Shown here one piece after another: positions 44,835 through 56,935 of a stretch of 64,000 nucleotides of DNA. Origin of the DNA: the human T2T-CHM13v2.0 reference genome, Homo sapiens. The position numbers and the translations under genes are program-made. Within the stretch, counting starts at the first letter, position 1. Each line of letters starts with the position of its first letter. The stretch lies in assembly GCF_009914755.1 (NCBI RefSeq), contig NC_060936.1; one strand, given 5' to 3'. The notes below the pieces were generated by a model. That model searched no databases and had not been told where the DNA came from. It saw nothing but the letters and a program-made list of their open reading frames with translations.

Positions 44835-45949
44835 AATAAAAAATTTTATTATCCAATGTTCAACTTCTAGCTGCAATGACAGACATGAAGGAAGAAAAAC
44901 TACTTCATCCAAATTTAGTACATATCAAACACAAATTCCCACAAAAAAGGAAAAATTGGCAGTGTATTTGAATTATTTCAAAATAGCATTTCAAAGTTTT
45001 ATTAAACTTTATGAGCACAAAACATGCTGACCCAGAAAACAATATACCAGGATCCCATGGGAAGGATTTATATGTTTATTATTACATTTGTTAATCACAG
45101 TCTGGGGAAATATAATTGCCATTTTCTTAAAAAATAGAGATTAGAGTTGTAAAACAAAGTAACTTATAAATCTTTGGATAAATAAAGGTTTAATGTGACA
45201 GAAAACCAAGTGCAGTCCTTTGTTGTTGTTTCCAGCTCTACCCCTCATTCATGTCAAATTGAGCAGTCACTTATGCTGTTTTTCAATTTTCCCATCTGCA
45301 AAATGAGGAGAAAGGCTTTGCTGTCTCATGGGAATACTGTATTATGTTGCTTCCTCTCCAGTTCTTAAAACTAAGACTGAAACCAAGGCTGCTACTTCCT
45401 TGGTGTGATTCATGATTTGAGAGGTTTTGCAAGGGTACTACACCCTAAAATATTTTACTCATTATCACGGGTATCATCCCCAGGGGCTCAAAGCAAATAG
45501 GTTATCTAGAAGTCTCCCACATTGTATCACCATCACCTGTTCTTACTTTTCTTTTTTAATCAAGAAATAGTTTAATCATGAGAAAAAATCCAGGGGACAA
45601 TGTCACAGCAGAAAATGGCAAAATTACACTGGCATCTGTGTTCACAATGAGAGGGAAAGTTGACAGATTCTGGAGGCACATTTTTCCCATTTAAGAATTT
45701 TGCCGAAAGCTGTTCATGCTTGAAACGTGAGCCTAGAACTCTAGAATTCTATACACCATTAGACTAAACTGAGCAAATGAAATAAACATTATGGAGCCTC
45801 TCCTATGTGCCAGGCATCATGTCAGGCTCTGAAGAATTTTTTTAAAAACTACATACAATAACACAAAGATGAATAAGATACAGTGGTTGCCCATGAGGAA
45901 CTCGATATGCTATAGCAGTTCAACTTCAAAACATTCAAGGAAGACTATT

Positions 45950-46300
45950 CTGAAGTAGAAAGGTGGTTACCAGAGGATGGGGGTGAAGGGGTGGAATATT
46001 GACCAAAGGGTACAAACCTGTAGTTGTAAGATGATTAGTTCTGGAGACTTAATGTATAGTATGGTAAAAATTAATAGTAATGTGTTGTATATGGGTAATT
46101 TGCTAAAAGAGTAGGTCTCAAGTGTTCTTACTACCCACACACACAAACGGTAACTATACGTGGTGATGGATATGTTAATTAACTTGATGTAATTATTTTA
46201 CAATGTATACATATATCAAAACATCACGTTATACACCTTTAATGTATGCAATTTTAATTTGTCAATTATACCTCAGTAAAGCTAGGGGGTAGGAAAGAAA
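45950..46300 (+). mobile_element. L1MB/MC 3' UTR end
   Basis: GGTGGTTACCAGAGGATGGGGG...GTGGTGATGGATATGTTAATT...TGTCAATTATACCTCAGTAAAGCT. Confidence 0.8.
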
Positions 46301-48029
46301 AAATATTTCATTTGTTTACTTGAGATTGTTTATAAAGTGTTTTTGGTTAATTTACTACTAGGAAAACAAAGGTATGAAAAATCATTCCCCACCTTAGCTA
46401 AGATTTAGGAGTTTTCTTTTTGTTGGGAATCCTGGAAGCATTCTTCTCTTCCTATTTCTTCCCTTAAAAGCTAAAATTTCAAAGTACATTTTTGCTACAA
46501 GATGTAAAAATGTAGTCAATTGGTTTTATATTCAATAAACAGCACAGCATGACAATAAGCAAAATGCGCAGTTTAGCTCTGCCATACATCCTTTATCCAG
46601 AGACAAAATTGATTCCAATTCAAGTTAGACTTCCCGCTGGGGAAGCGACCCTCCTGTCATTTCTCGTGTTACTAGGGGCTGTGGAGAAGTAGCTGAAGGG
46701 ACCGTTTCTGCCAGGTAAGAGCAGAAGCAAAGAGACGGTCCAATGCCCAGATCTGCTTTCTTTGCTTCTGTTGCTCCTGTTAAAACTTGGAGTTCTTATG
46801 CCTACAGACTGATTCACCCATCTTGCCGATGCAGCTATATTTTAAAGATATCACTGGCTATTGGGTGTAATACATGGGCACACAGGATATAAAAGTCTAA
46901 TCCGGCTCTTGTAAAATCAGTTTTTAAATTTTGACTTCTATGTATTATGCTACTTAGAAATTTTAGTAGACTCTGTGAAAAAAATAAGTTGCTTTTGGAG
47001 AGAAACTAGAAATATAATCTGACTAGAACTAGGAGACTACTACTTCTAAAAATGTTTACTTAATTCATTTGTTGGAAATTGAGAAAAAAATAGCTCAAAA
47101 AGATGGCAGCCTCCAGTAATGTCAAAATTGTTAGAAAGAATGATTTTTTGAACAATTCACCAGCAAACACACTTGCTTTATTGTAAGCCTCCTTAAAATC
47201 TAGATTTCCAAAAATGATCTAAGGCTGATATGTCTTGCAAATTCTCTTTTATATACAGATCTTTATCTGCCCCAAAACTTTCTTAGGATGAGGTAGAAGA
47301 AAAGATAAAAATAATAAATGTGGTTGTCTCCTGAGACTTTTAGTTTCTCTTCATTCTTACTTGATCAGAAACCTCACAGGGGCTCCTTTCCCAATGTTAT
47401 TTCAGTTTAAGTATTTCCATGTCCAGTTCCAGCTGGAAGCAGGCACTGTGGAGCCATGTGAAAAATCAACAAGAACACGCAAAATTAGCCCTTGATTTTT
47501 GAACCTTAAAAAGGCTCGGGTCACGGCTGAGTTTATTCAGAATTTCTTATGAGTCCCACAAGATCAACAGTGTCACTCTCCACCAGGGTGCCCTTAGCCT
47601 CAAACATCTATTTTTCACATTTAATCACAGCCTCATTTGCTCTCTTGCCTCTGACTCATTGATTCTCCAGAGGGAAGGGAATCTAAATCCTTAGGGACTT
47701 TAGATATATTTTAGTTGCAAAAGAAAAAAAAAAAGCCTAGATAAATCATTTTTTAGAAATATCTGATATTGAAGCCCTTTGATACTTTGAATAATTTCAG
47801 GGAAAGTGAGAGTAAATGAGAAGAATAAGAATAAGATCAATTTGGATTGAAAGTAAAATCAAAGCAAGCATTTACTGAAAGTTTTATAAAATTATATTCT
47901 AGGATGATTCATCATTTCAAGATACATTTGTAGCCCTCAACTTCCCAACAGGCTGGCCTCCAAAAGTTTGTTTGTAAGTTGTTTTTCTGGATCTGGAAAA
48001 CCATTTCCCTTATAAACAATGTTCTAAAT

Positions 48030-48198
48030 TAGTAGTTCTTGGGCTTTTTGTGTCACGAAGCCCTTTGAGAATCTCTTGAAAGCTATGGACACATTCCCTA
48101 GAAAAATTCTCATATGCATATATGCCCCAGGTTTTTCAAAGCCACATTTGGTGGTTTCACAGACCCAACAATGTCCTTTCTAATTAAGAAATCTGATC
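48030..48198. mobile_element. MER103-like hAT-Charlie relic
   Basis: CCCTTTGAGAATCTCTTGAAAGCTATGGACACATTCCCTAGAAAAAT. Confidence 0.6.
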
Positions 48199-48622
48199 TC
48201 AAATGCCAGGCTAGCTTAAATACTGAAATCTATAGGCACAGAACTAATTAAATAGAATTTTTCACTCTTGTCTGGAAACAGAGCTACCATCTAGAACAGC
48301 ATATTAAACAATACACTTGTATGCCTTTGGATACCATATAAATTCCACATTAACATCTCTGGCAGTTGCCACACTTAAGCTATGGGGTGGCAGTATGGTG
48401 ATTTTCTTAGTTCATAAGGGTGCAAGCCATAATCTTTGTTTTCACAAAGTTAGGGAGAGAAGGTGTATATTTTACAGTTGGGGCAGACACTTGCCTCACT
48501 TCTGAAGGTCTCTTGCTGCCATTTAAGAAACAATCCTTGCATCCAGGTGCTAAGGCAAGAGAGACATTTGTTCAGCAATTTGCTTATTTATAAATAAGCA
48601 ATGCCTACGCTATGGCTCAAAC

Positions 48623-49541
48623 TGATGTAGGATATTTCCTTTACCCCTTTTTGGGTCTCGTCCTGTTTACTCAGCCCACTCCTCAACCCCTCCCAGGAAG
48701 GATCACGCAAGTGAATGAGTGCACGAACCAGCCAGCCACTTCAGCACCAGCAGGAATAAATTCTATTCACTGGGGCCCGCCGCATTTCACCCCTAGGAAG
48801 AGGGAGCGTGTAGGTGAGCAAGTGCAGGAACCAGCCAGCCACTTTGGTGCTGGCAGGAGCAAACTCCATGCAGTCTCCACATCAGCGATGAGGTGGGTGT
48901 GCCTGCAACCCCAGGGCCCCAAAAAGTGTGTTACAGTGCTCACTTAGCTCTGCCATCTGCAGACAGCAGTGTGTTATCAGCTCAGTGGGCCCTTTGCCTC
49001 TGCTAGTGAGGGCAAAGGGCCAGTGTGACAGGCTTTTTGGGTACCTGCACTTGGTGGGTCCTGAATTCTTGTCTAGTGCCCAGGAAGAATTAGGTCACAT
49101 GGACAAATTGAAGGATGGTGAATGTAGAGAATTTTATTGAGTGATAGGAGTGGCTCTCAGCAGAGAGGGGAGCTGGAAAGGGGACAGAAAGGGAGGGCCA
49201 CTCTGCCCTGGTATCAAGTTGCCTCTCTGCTTCTCTCCTCTGAACTCAAGTTAACTCTCCCCAACATCCAGCCACTTCTCCTCTCTACCAGCTGAGTCAG
49301 GGGTCTTTATAGGCACAGAATGGGGGGCAGGGCAGGCCTTAGGTAGTTTTTTGGAAAAGGCAACATTTAATTGGTAAAAAGACACTATTCAGAAAGAACC
49401 AATCAGGAGAGAGCAGGCAAACAGGAATAGAAGTTCTCACTTTGGGCTGCAGGTTTCAGGCTACTTTTGGCTTAAAGGTGGGGTTTCCACCAGGTACCCA
49501 TCCCTGTCTGCTTAGACTGTCTCTGCCTCCTGCCTCTCTCA
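48623..49541 (-). repeat. 3' LTR of the provirus
   Basis: Follows the PPT CAAAGGGGGAAA (49542-49553, minus). Minus-strand TATAAA at 49306-49311 and AATAAA at 49133-49138. Homologous to 56936-57865. Confidence 0.93.
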
Positions 49542-50102
49542 TTTCCCCCTTTGAAGAGGCATGCATAACTGCTGTTAGAATATGGATGATGACCAATCTT
49601 AGCTGCTTCCTGCTGACAGGGGGCATTGTTTTGGGGAAAATGGCAGTCAGATTTCCCTCAGAGGTCTACCTAAGGGTCCCTGGACTCAGAAGTGGCTGGA
49701 GTCATCGTCTGAGGCTCCAGTTGCATGACTGATTGGAGTTTGATGCCCTCTGGGTGACAAGAATTGGTTAAGTACGCATGGATCAAATATGTATGTTATA
49801 CAAAAAGGAGTTAAAAGAAAAGAATCTAGTGCCAAAGATTATAGAAATAAGAAGTGAAATACACTAATCCTCTTGAAAACAACATTATGCCCTGAGCTGT
49901 TTCACTGTAGTGACAGAAATTAAACTCTGTATGGGAACACTTAAACTTTAGAAGAGAGATAACTGTTTAGGGGAGTACATATTCTCACAGGCATTTAGGA
50001 TTAAGGGGTCTTTGGTAAAGGTGCCCCATGGTATAATATAGAACGAAGGTAAGAACAGCAAGCATAAGCAAGACTATAAAGGGGATATCCATGGAAGATT
50101 AA

Positions 50103-53100
50103 TTATTGACACTTATATTTTGTGATTTTTATCTTAAGGTCCCTGATCTCTTCATATTAGTACTTTGAGTGCTCTTCTGGGTCAACGGAGGAAACTCCGT
50201 CAGCTTCCCAGGCCTTTACTCAAGTATAATGAATGCAAGAATCTATTCCAGTGACCTTTACTGCTGTAGGAGTAGAAAGAAGTATGGTGTAAGGTCCCTC
50301 CCAATCTGGGCTTACAGAGGGAGAAAGGAAAGGAAGTACCTTTACCAGTACCATGCCCCCTGGGTTGAATAGAGCTGGCCCTAGTTCATGGAATTGGGCC
50401 TCTGACAGTTGTTTCAGTTCATGTTGGAAATGGACCAAAAAGTTACATGTTTAATCAAATCAGAGATTTCTTGGTCTAGCAAGAAATCATTGGTGAGAAA
50501 ATGTCATCCATGCATTATTTCAAAGGGACTTAAACACAGCTTTGAAGTGGAGATTCTAACACTTAGTAGGAATATAGGAAGAACAGACCAGGGGAGATGA
50601 GTCTCCTGAGAGTTTCCTGAGGTGCCTTTTGATAATATCATTTGTCTTTTCTACCTTTCCCAAGGATTATGGTCTCCAAGGACAATGAAGATGGTATTGT
50701 ATGCCTAGTGCCTTCAAGTCCCCCTGGGTGAGAACAGCCTTGAATGAGGGGCCACTTTTGCTCTGGAGGTACCTAGAGAGTCCAAAGCAAGGAATTATTT
50801 CATTAATTTGTACTTTTATCACCTCAGAGGCTTTCTCTATCCAACATGGAAATGCTTCTACCCAGTTGGTGAAGGTATCTGTTTATATTAGGAGGTATTG
50901 CATGTCCCTTGACTTTGGCATATGGGTGAAATCCATTTGTCAGTCTTCCTCTGGGTAGCTTCCTGTTCTTTTGGTTCCAGGGGAAAGAAGCCATTGACTG
51001 AGGGGATTATTTTTAAGGCAAATCTTGCAAGCATTAATAACCTCTTTAACCATTTGTATCCAGTTTTTACTCAAGAACAATCTCTGGGCCAATTGATAGG
51101 TTTTATCCTTACCTAGGTGGAAGGCCTGGTGAAGGCTTTTAAGAACTTTCCATTGGTTGGCAGCTGGTAAATGAAGTCAGCCATCCTCCAGTTGTAGCCA
51201 TTCTGAGGACTGAAAGATGTAACCCCAAGAGGTTGCCCATTCTATTTCCACAGGAGAATATTGAGGTTTTATTTCTCTTATGGAGCCCTCCCAGATCAGA
51301 GGGGCTTCAAATGGATCTGAAATCTGGGGACCCCTTGCTGCTGGTTTAGCTGCTTGGTCTGCCAACCTATTTTCCTTGGCTATTCATCCATCCCTTTTTG
51401 GTGGCCTTTACAATGTATTATTGCCACTTCGTGTGGGAGGAAAACTGAGGATAATAGTCTATTAATTTCCTGATGGTATTTAATGGGAGACCCATTAGCT
51501 ATGAGGAAGTTCTTCTCTTCCAGATAGTGGCATGGACATGGAGAACTAGGAAAGCATACTTAGAATCAGTATAAATGTTAAATGCTTTCCCTTTGCTTAA
51601 TTCAAGTACTCTCATGAGGGCAATTAGCTTGGCTAGTTGAGTACTTGTACCCAAGGAGAGAGACGTGCTCTCAACAATATCATTCCGGGTAACTATACCT
51701 CTTTATGGATCCCTTGTTCTACAAAAGAACTTTTACTTGTAAAGAGAATCCAGTCTGGGTTCCCTAAGGGGGTTTCCTTGAGGTCCTTTCTGGCTGCATA
51801 GGTTTGTACTACTATCTGTTTGCAGTCATGTTCAAGGTCCCCCCCCGCTCTCCGCCCCTGCTTCCTTGGGGAGGAAGGTGGCTCTATTTAGGAAGGGACA
51901 GATTCTTAAGTGGACTGCAGATACCTCTAACAGCAGAGCTTGATATCTGAGGAGGTGGTTATCCATTAGCCAGAGACTCCCCTTAGAAGACAGTAGTCCT
52001 GCCACATTAATGGTTAAGTTATTCCCCGTGGTTAACCTAGTAGCCTCTGGTACCAGCAAAGCTACCACTGCAACTGCCCAGAGGCAGGCCAGGCATCCTT
52101 TTTCTACCAAATCAAGCTCCTTACTTAGGTAGGCTACAGTCTGCTGGATTGAACCCCAGGTCTGAGTTAGAACTCCCAGGGCCATCCCTTCCTTTCTGAC
52201 ACATAAAGATTAAGCATCTTCCCTATGGGAAGACTAAGGGCTGGTACCTTAAGCAAGGCTCATTTTAGTTGGTCAAAGGCCTTTCTAGCCTCTGGTTTCC
52301 AAATTAGGGAGTGAGCTTTAGCTGCCTGAGTCTTCTATATTAGGTGACATAAGGGGCAAGCTATTTCACTGTACCCAGGTATCCATAGTCTGCAGAACCC
52401 TGTAATGCCCAAGAATCCCCTCAGTTGCTTGAGGGTTTTGGAGAGGGGAAAAAAGAAGATGGGCTTAATCCTTTCTTCACCCAATGCCTTGGTCCTCTCT
52501 GAAAGACCAGGTCTAGGTACTTCACTGAAGTCTGACAGAGCTGAGCTTTAGGCTTTGAAATCTTATATCCTCTGTTAGCCAGAAAATTAAGAAGACCCTT
52601 ACTGCCCTCCTGAGAGATTGCCTCAGTTATGGCACAGAGGAGAATGTCATCTACGTATTGTAAAGCTTTAACCTGAGGATAAGGGAACTCAAAGAGGTCT
52701 TTTGAGAATGCCTGGCCAAATAAGCAGGGGCTGTCTTGGAATCCCTGAGGTAACACTGTCCAGGTTAGCTGGGTGGTTTGGTTAGATGGATCTTCAAATG
52801 CAAAAAAGTACTGGGAGTCAGGGTTTAATGGTATGCAGAAGGCATGCTTTAGGTCCAGGACTGTGAACTATTTAGTTCCCTCAGGTATTTGAGCTAGCAC
52901 GGAATACTGATTGGGAGTCACTGGGTGAATTAAAACCACAGCCTCGTTAATGAGGTGGAGGTCCTGAACTAGTCTCCGTTCCCCATTGGGTTTTTGTACC
53001 TTAATATTGGGGTACTACAAGGGCTGTTTTTTTATTTTTATTTTTGGACACATCATCCATTTCTTTACTATTCTTCAGAGTCTAAAACTTCCTTATGATA

Positions 53101-53849
53101 CAATGTATAGTCACCCAATCCAGGCTGTTTATTGAAACTTCTATTCTCATTTGGTGGTAAACTTTTTTTTTTACATTTGTTTTACTATCAAAGATTTAGA
53201 GTCACAATAAATACAAGTGACAGTCTCCCATCCCCCCAAGAATGCCCCCAATATCCTGCACTAGTGTAATCTTCTGGTCCCAGGGCCTGTTGAGGAGGCC
53301 CTGCAACCTTAAGTTATCATTGATGGCTTCTAGTCCTTTCCTAACTTCTGGTTTCAAGGGATACTGTCTCTGGTTAGGAAAGGGGGTGAGATTCTTAAGG
53401 TGGATCTGGACCAGTATGGCAGTTGTAACTTGGCCGATTTTGGCTTGAATTGCCTAAATGTCTGGGTTAAAGGTCTCCACCAGGGAGAGACAAAGAATTT
53501 GTCCTGGGGCCATCAGGATGGTGGTCCCCATATGGGCCAGAATATCTCTGCCTAAAAGAGGAGTTGGGCTTTCAGGCACAATTAGAAAGGCATGAGTAAC
53601 AATAGGTTTCCCCAACTACAACTAAGGGGTTGACAAAAATATCAAGTTAAAGGCCTTTCTGAGATGCCCCTCACAGGTCATGCTAAGAGAGAAGAGGGAG
53701 TCTGGATTGGAGAGGAGAACTGAGAGACCCACCCCAGTGTCCAGAAGGAGATCCACTTTCCTCCCTTCAATTTCCAGAATTACCCAGGACTCCTGGATGG
53801 TAATAGTAGTCTGGACCACCAGGGTGGGGAAGAGGAGCCCTGGGACTCA
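50103..53849 (-). pseudogene. pol: Decayed ERV pro-pol (PR, RT, RNase H, IN)
   Basis: Protease LLLDTG (53622..53819); RT LPQGFQDSP and LQYVDD (52421..52756); tether VAYLSKELD; integrase C-terminal [17 protein letters not shown] (50220..50438). Multiple frameshifts and stops. Confidence 0.92.
53029..53280 (-). pseudogene. Short polyadenylated non-viral retro-insert (probable 5'-truncated processed mRNA 3' end) inside ERV pol
   Basis: Interrupts the RT N-terminus between GLL and SPCSTP. A-rich tail at 53029-53045 (T run on plus). AGTAAA about 19 nt upstream of the tail. Imperfect TSD CAAGGGCTGTT / CAGGGCCTGTT. Confidence 0.75.
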
Positions 53850-55390
53850 TCAGTCCTGTTGGACTGTTTGGGAGATTGGCTCTGAACCTGGTGACCAGCA
53901 TCCCTAGGGACAGTCTGCCTTCCAGTGGTCCCAATTGCAGATTGGACAGGGTTGAGGTGGCTTTCTCATGCTGCCTGGGCAATCCTTCCTAAAATGCCCT
54001 GGCTTGCCACATTTGAAGCAGTTAACAAGTACACCTCAGGGATTTTGGGATTTGTGGTCTTGCATGGTGACCATTAAAGCCTCTGCATTTTTCCTGTGTC
54101 TTCATTCTCTCTCTCTCTCCCTCCCTCCCTCCCTCCCTCCTTCTCTCTCTCTTTCTCCCTCTCTCCTTGGCCTCCCTATCTCTATTATTATATTATTATA
54201 AAAGACCGAGGTGGCCACTTTTAGGAAGTTCTCTAAAGTACTATCTGGTCCAACAGCTTGTTTCCGTAGCTTCCTCCTGATATCAGGGGCTGCCTGAGTA
54301 ATACACTTATTTTTTAGGATTAGTTGTTCCTTAACTGAATCAGGAGCTAGAGAAGTGTGCTTTACCAAGGCCTCTCTTAGCCTTTCCAGGAAGGCAGTGG
54401 GATTCTCATCAAATCCCTGATCTATCATGAATAGCTTGGTATAATTGTGAGGCTTAGTTCTAGTCCTACGTAAGCACCCCCATTATGCACACCTGAAAGC
54501 GTTTCCTCTTCCATCTCCCATCTCATCATTAGGATCCCATTTAGGGTCATCCAGTGGTACTGATTCTCTTCCAGTTGGATAAAGTTTGTCCCCTTCCCTG
54601 ACACTATATGAGATACAAAGCTCATTCCCAAATCTCTCTGCCACTTGCAGAGTGGCCTGCTTCTCAGCATTAGTCAGAGTTTGATTCAAAAGTAACATAA
54701 CATCTTTCCAGGAGAGTTCAAATACTTTGGTTAAATTCTGGAGAGCCTCTATATATCTGTCAAGATCATCTAAAACTTTGCCAAGATCCGCCTTAATTTG
54801 CCTTAATTCCTGTAGAGAGAAGGGGACCTGGATTTTACTGGGGCCAAATTCACCAGGCATCTGTTGGAGGGGCATAAGTGGTACTGGGCCTTGTCTAGGG
54901 TGAGGATTTCTAGGAGGAGGCAAGCTAAAGAGAGAAACTGGATAGGGAGGCCAAGGTGGATCCAGGGGAGCAGGGCTAGAGGGAGCTGGATCCCCTGCTG
55001 GAGGTTTCTCTGGGGTTTGATTTTTTAGTTCCCTGAGATTGACCCGTGCAGCCTCTCCTGAGATGGCAAACAGGAGAGCCGGATCAATCCTACATGTTGG
55101 CAAAGGTCTGTATTACCCTGCAAGGTAAAGAAAGCCTACACATATGGGGCCTCAGACCATTTGCCTTTGTGTTTACAGAAAAAGTCCAACTGAAAGATTG
55201 TATCAAAATGAATGGTTCCTTCCTGAGGCCAAGCCAGTCCTTCCTGCAGATCATAATATGTCCAAACCTTTGTGCAGAGGGCTATGAGGCATTTTTTCTC
55301 CAGGGTCTGAGGGTGAAAACAGTCCCAAAGATTCAGGATACACTCCAGAGGAGTATGGACTGAAGATGGTAAGGATAGTTGGTTGCCCAC
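53850..55390 (-). pseudogene. gag: Decayed ERV gag
   Basis: MA-like GNQLS...PLECILNLWDCFHPQTLEKK; CA VPFSLQELRQIKADLGK; MHR QGFDENPTAFLERLREAL; zinc knuckles CFKCGKPGHFRKDC and CPICNWDHWKADC; ends QQD-TGA at 53852-53850. Split across frames. Confidence 0.9.
54106..54165. repeat. (CT)n/(CCCT)n microsatellite inside gag
   Basis: TCTCTCTCTCTCTCCCTCCCTCCCTCCCTCCCTCC..., read as ERERE on the minus strand. Confidence 0.85.
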
Positions 55391-56915
55391 TCTGAAAGAG
55401 AGGGAAATAGGCATACCTTATTTCCCTTCCCTCTTTCAGCAAAAACCCAGGGTGTGAGGGAGAGAACAAAAAAGGGCATACCTCTTTTTCCTTTCATCTT
55501 TTCATCCCCGAGTCCTGGCAACCTTAGACAGATGCTGCCCATGAGTGCTGGTGTGACCTGCACCCATGAAACTTGGTGGGGGGGCAGGGGGCGGGGGGCC
55601 TGGAAAATAGGATTTATTTGCACTCACCTATGCCTCCACCCTCCCTACTGTAGGCAACCTTTGGGTTCCCTGGGCCTCATCTATGCCATGGAGCTTGGCC
55701 TCCTATCATGAAGCGGGGACTTAATCAGCAGGAATTAGTCCTGCCCATCTATGCTATGTCTGTTGCCTGGCTTTGAATCACTCAGATCTAGTTTTCCTTT
55801 CTAGGGCTTCAACCTAAAGCTTGGAACCAAGTTTGGAAAAAGGTATCTCAGGGGGTGCATGGATTCATTTAGATTAAGTTACAGATGGGGCTTTTCAAAT
55901 TTGCAGTTATCAGCTGGTGGGGTCGCTCCTCCATTGCTTCCCTGCCATAAGCAGAGTGTAAGGTAGAAAAAAACACCCTCTTGCATAGAAAAGGAAAAAG
56001 AAAAACCAGCTTAAGTGTCAGAGGCACGTGGAGAACCTCTTGCTCTATGCAAATGGGTTCCTTTAATCACCGTATCCTTCCTCTGGTTTGGACTGAGCTG
56101 GAGCTCTCCGCCAGGGGAGGGAAGACTCTGTGGACACACGATGGGAGGGAATGACAAGCAGGAAATGCTGGCCAAATGGCTGCATGGGGCCCCTGGCCCC
56201 CAAGACTGCCCTGGGGCTTGGGCGGTGACTGTGGTTCTTTCCTGCCTCATGTGCCCGTTGGGCACAGCACATACATGCAGTGGACATGCCCAAGTGCCCC
56301 ACCTGGGAGTGGAGGGGGCGGGGTGGGGGAGCCGCTGTGCACTGTGCACGCCTTTGGGTGTTGGGATGAGGTGGGAGTGACTCCTCTAAGAACAGATGGA
56401 AATTGCATTGTTCTGAATTGCATATCTGATGGATTGGCTAAATGCTCCTACCTAGTAACATTTCTGCAGTTTGTAGTAACACCCTTAACATTATAAAAGA
56501 AGAGAGAGGCGCCATTTCAAACCGTGAAAGAAGGAAGGACAAATAACAGAAAAATCTGGGGGTCTTGGCTGATGCCCTAATGGGCAGTTGGGGACTGAGC
56601 CAAGTCTAGGGGCCTTACGGCAACACCGGGGAGTGGCCTCAATCAGACGCCTTCAGTTTCCTCAGGACTTTATCCCAGTCCCACGCAATGGCTAGACCTC
56701 TGTGAAGGGAAACAGAGCCAACATTCCTTTCACCCAAAAGAGAGGTGGCAGGGTCACATTCTGTCATCTACAGCTGTGCCATTCATCCTTAATTGGCCAC
56801 TCAGAGGTTTGGTGCGTCATTTGCCTTCAGAGGAAAGTATGAGGACAAGAAGTCTTGGGGAAAAAAAATGAAGAGACAGATCCAACAGATCCACATTTAT
56901 TCACCCTTCTGACAA

Positions 56916-56933
56916 ATCCTGGGTGAGCCTCAA
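56916..56933 (-). other. Primer-binding site, tRNA-Pro type (degenerate)
   Basis: Minus strand TTGAGGCTCACCCAGGAT matches the Pro PBS TGGGGGCTCGTCCGGGAT at 13/18 positions and lies 2 nt from the LTR end. Confidence 0.75.
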
Positions 56934-56935
56934 GA

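Noticed and set aside
54483-55103. 206-aa ORF, the longest in the window, as a possible domesticated Gag
   Set aside because: It is one frame-segment of a gag that is frameshifted on both sides, with no evidence of selective preservation.
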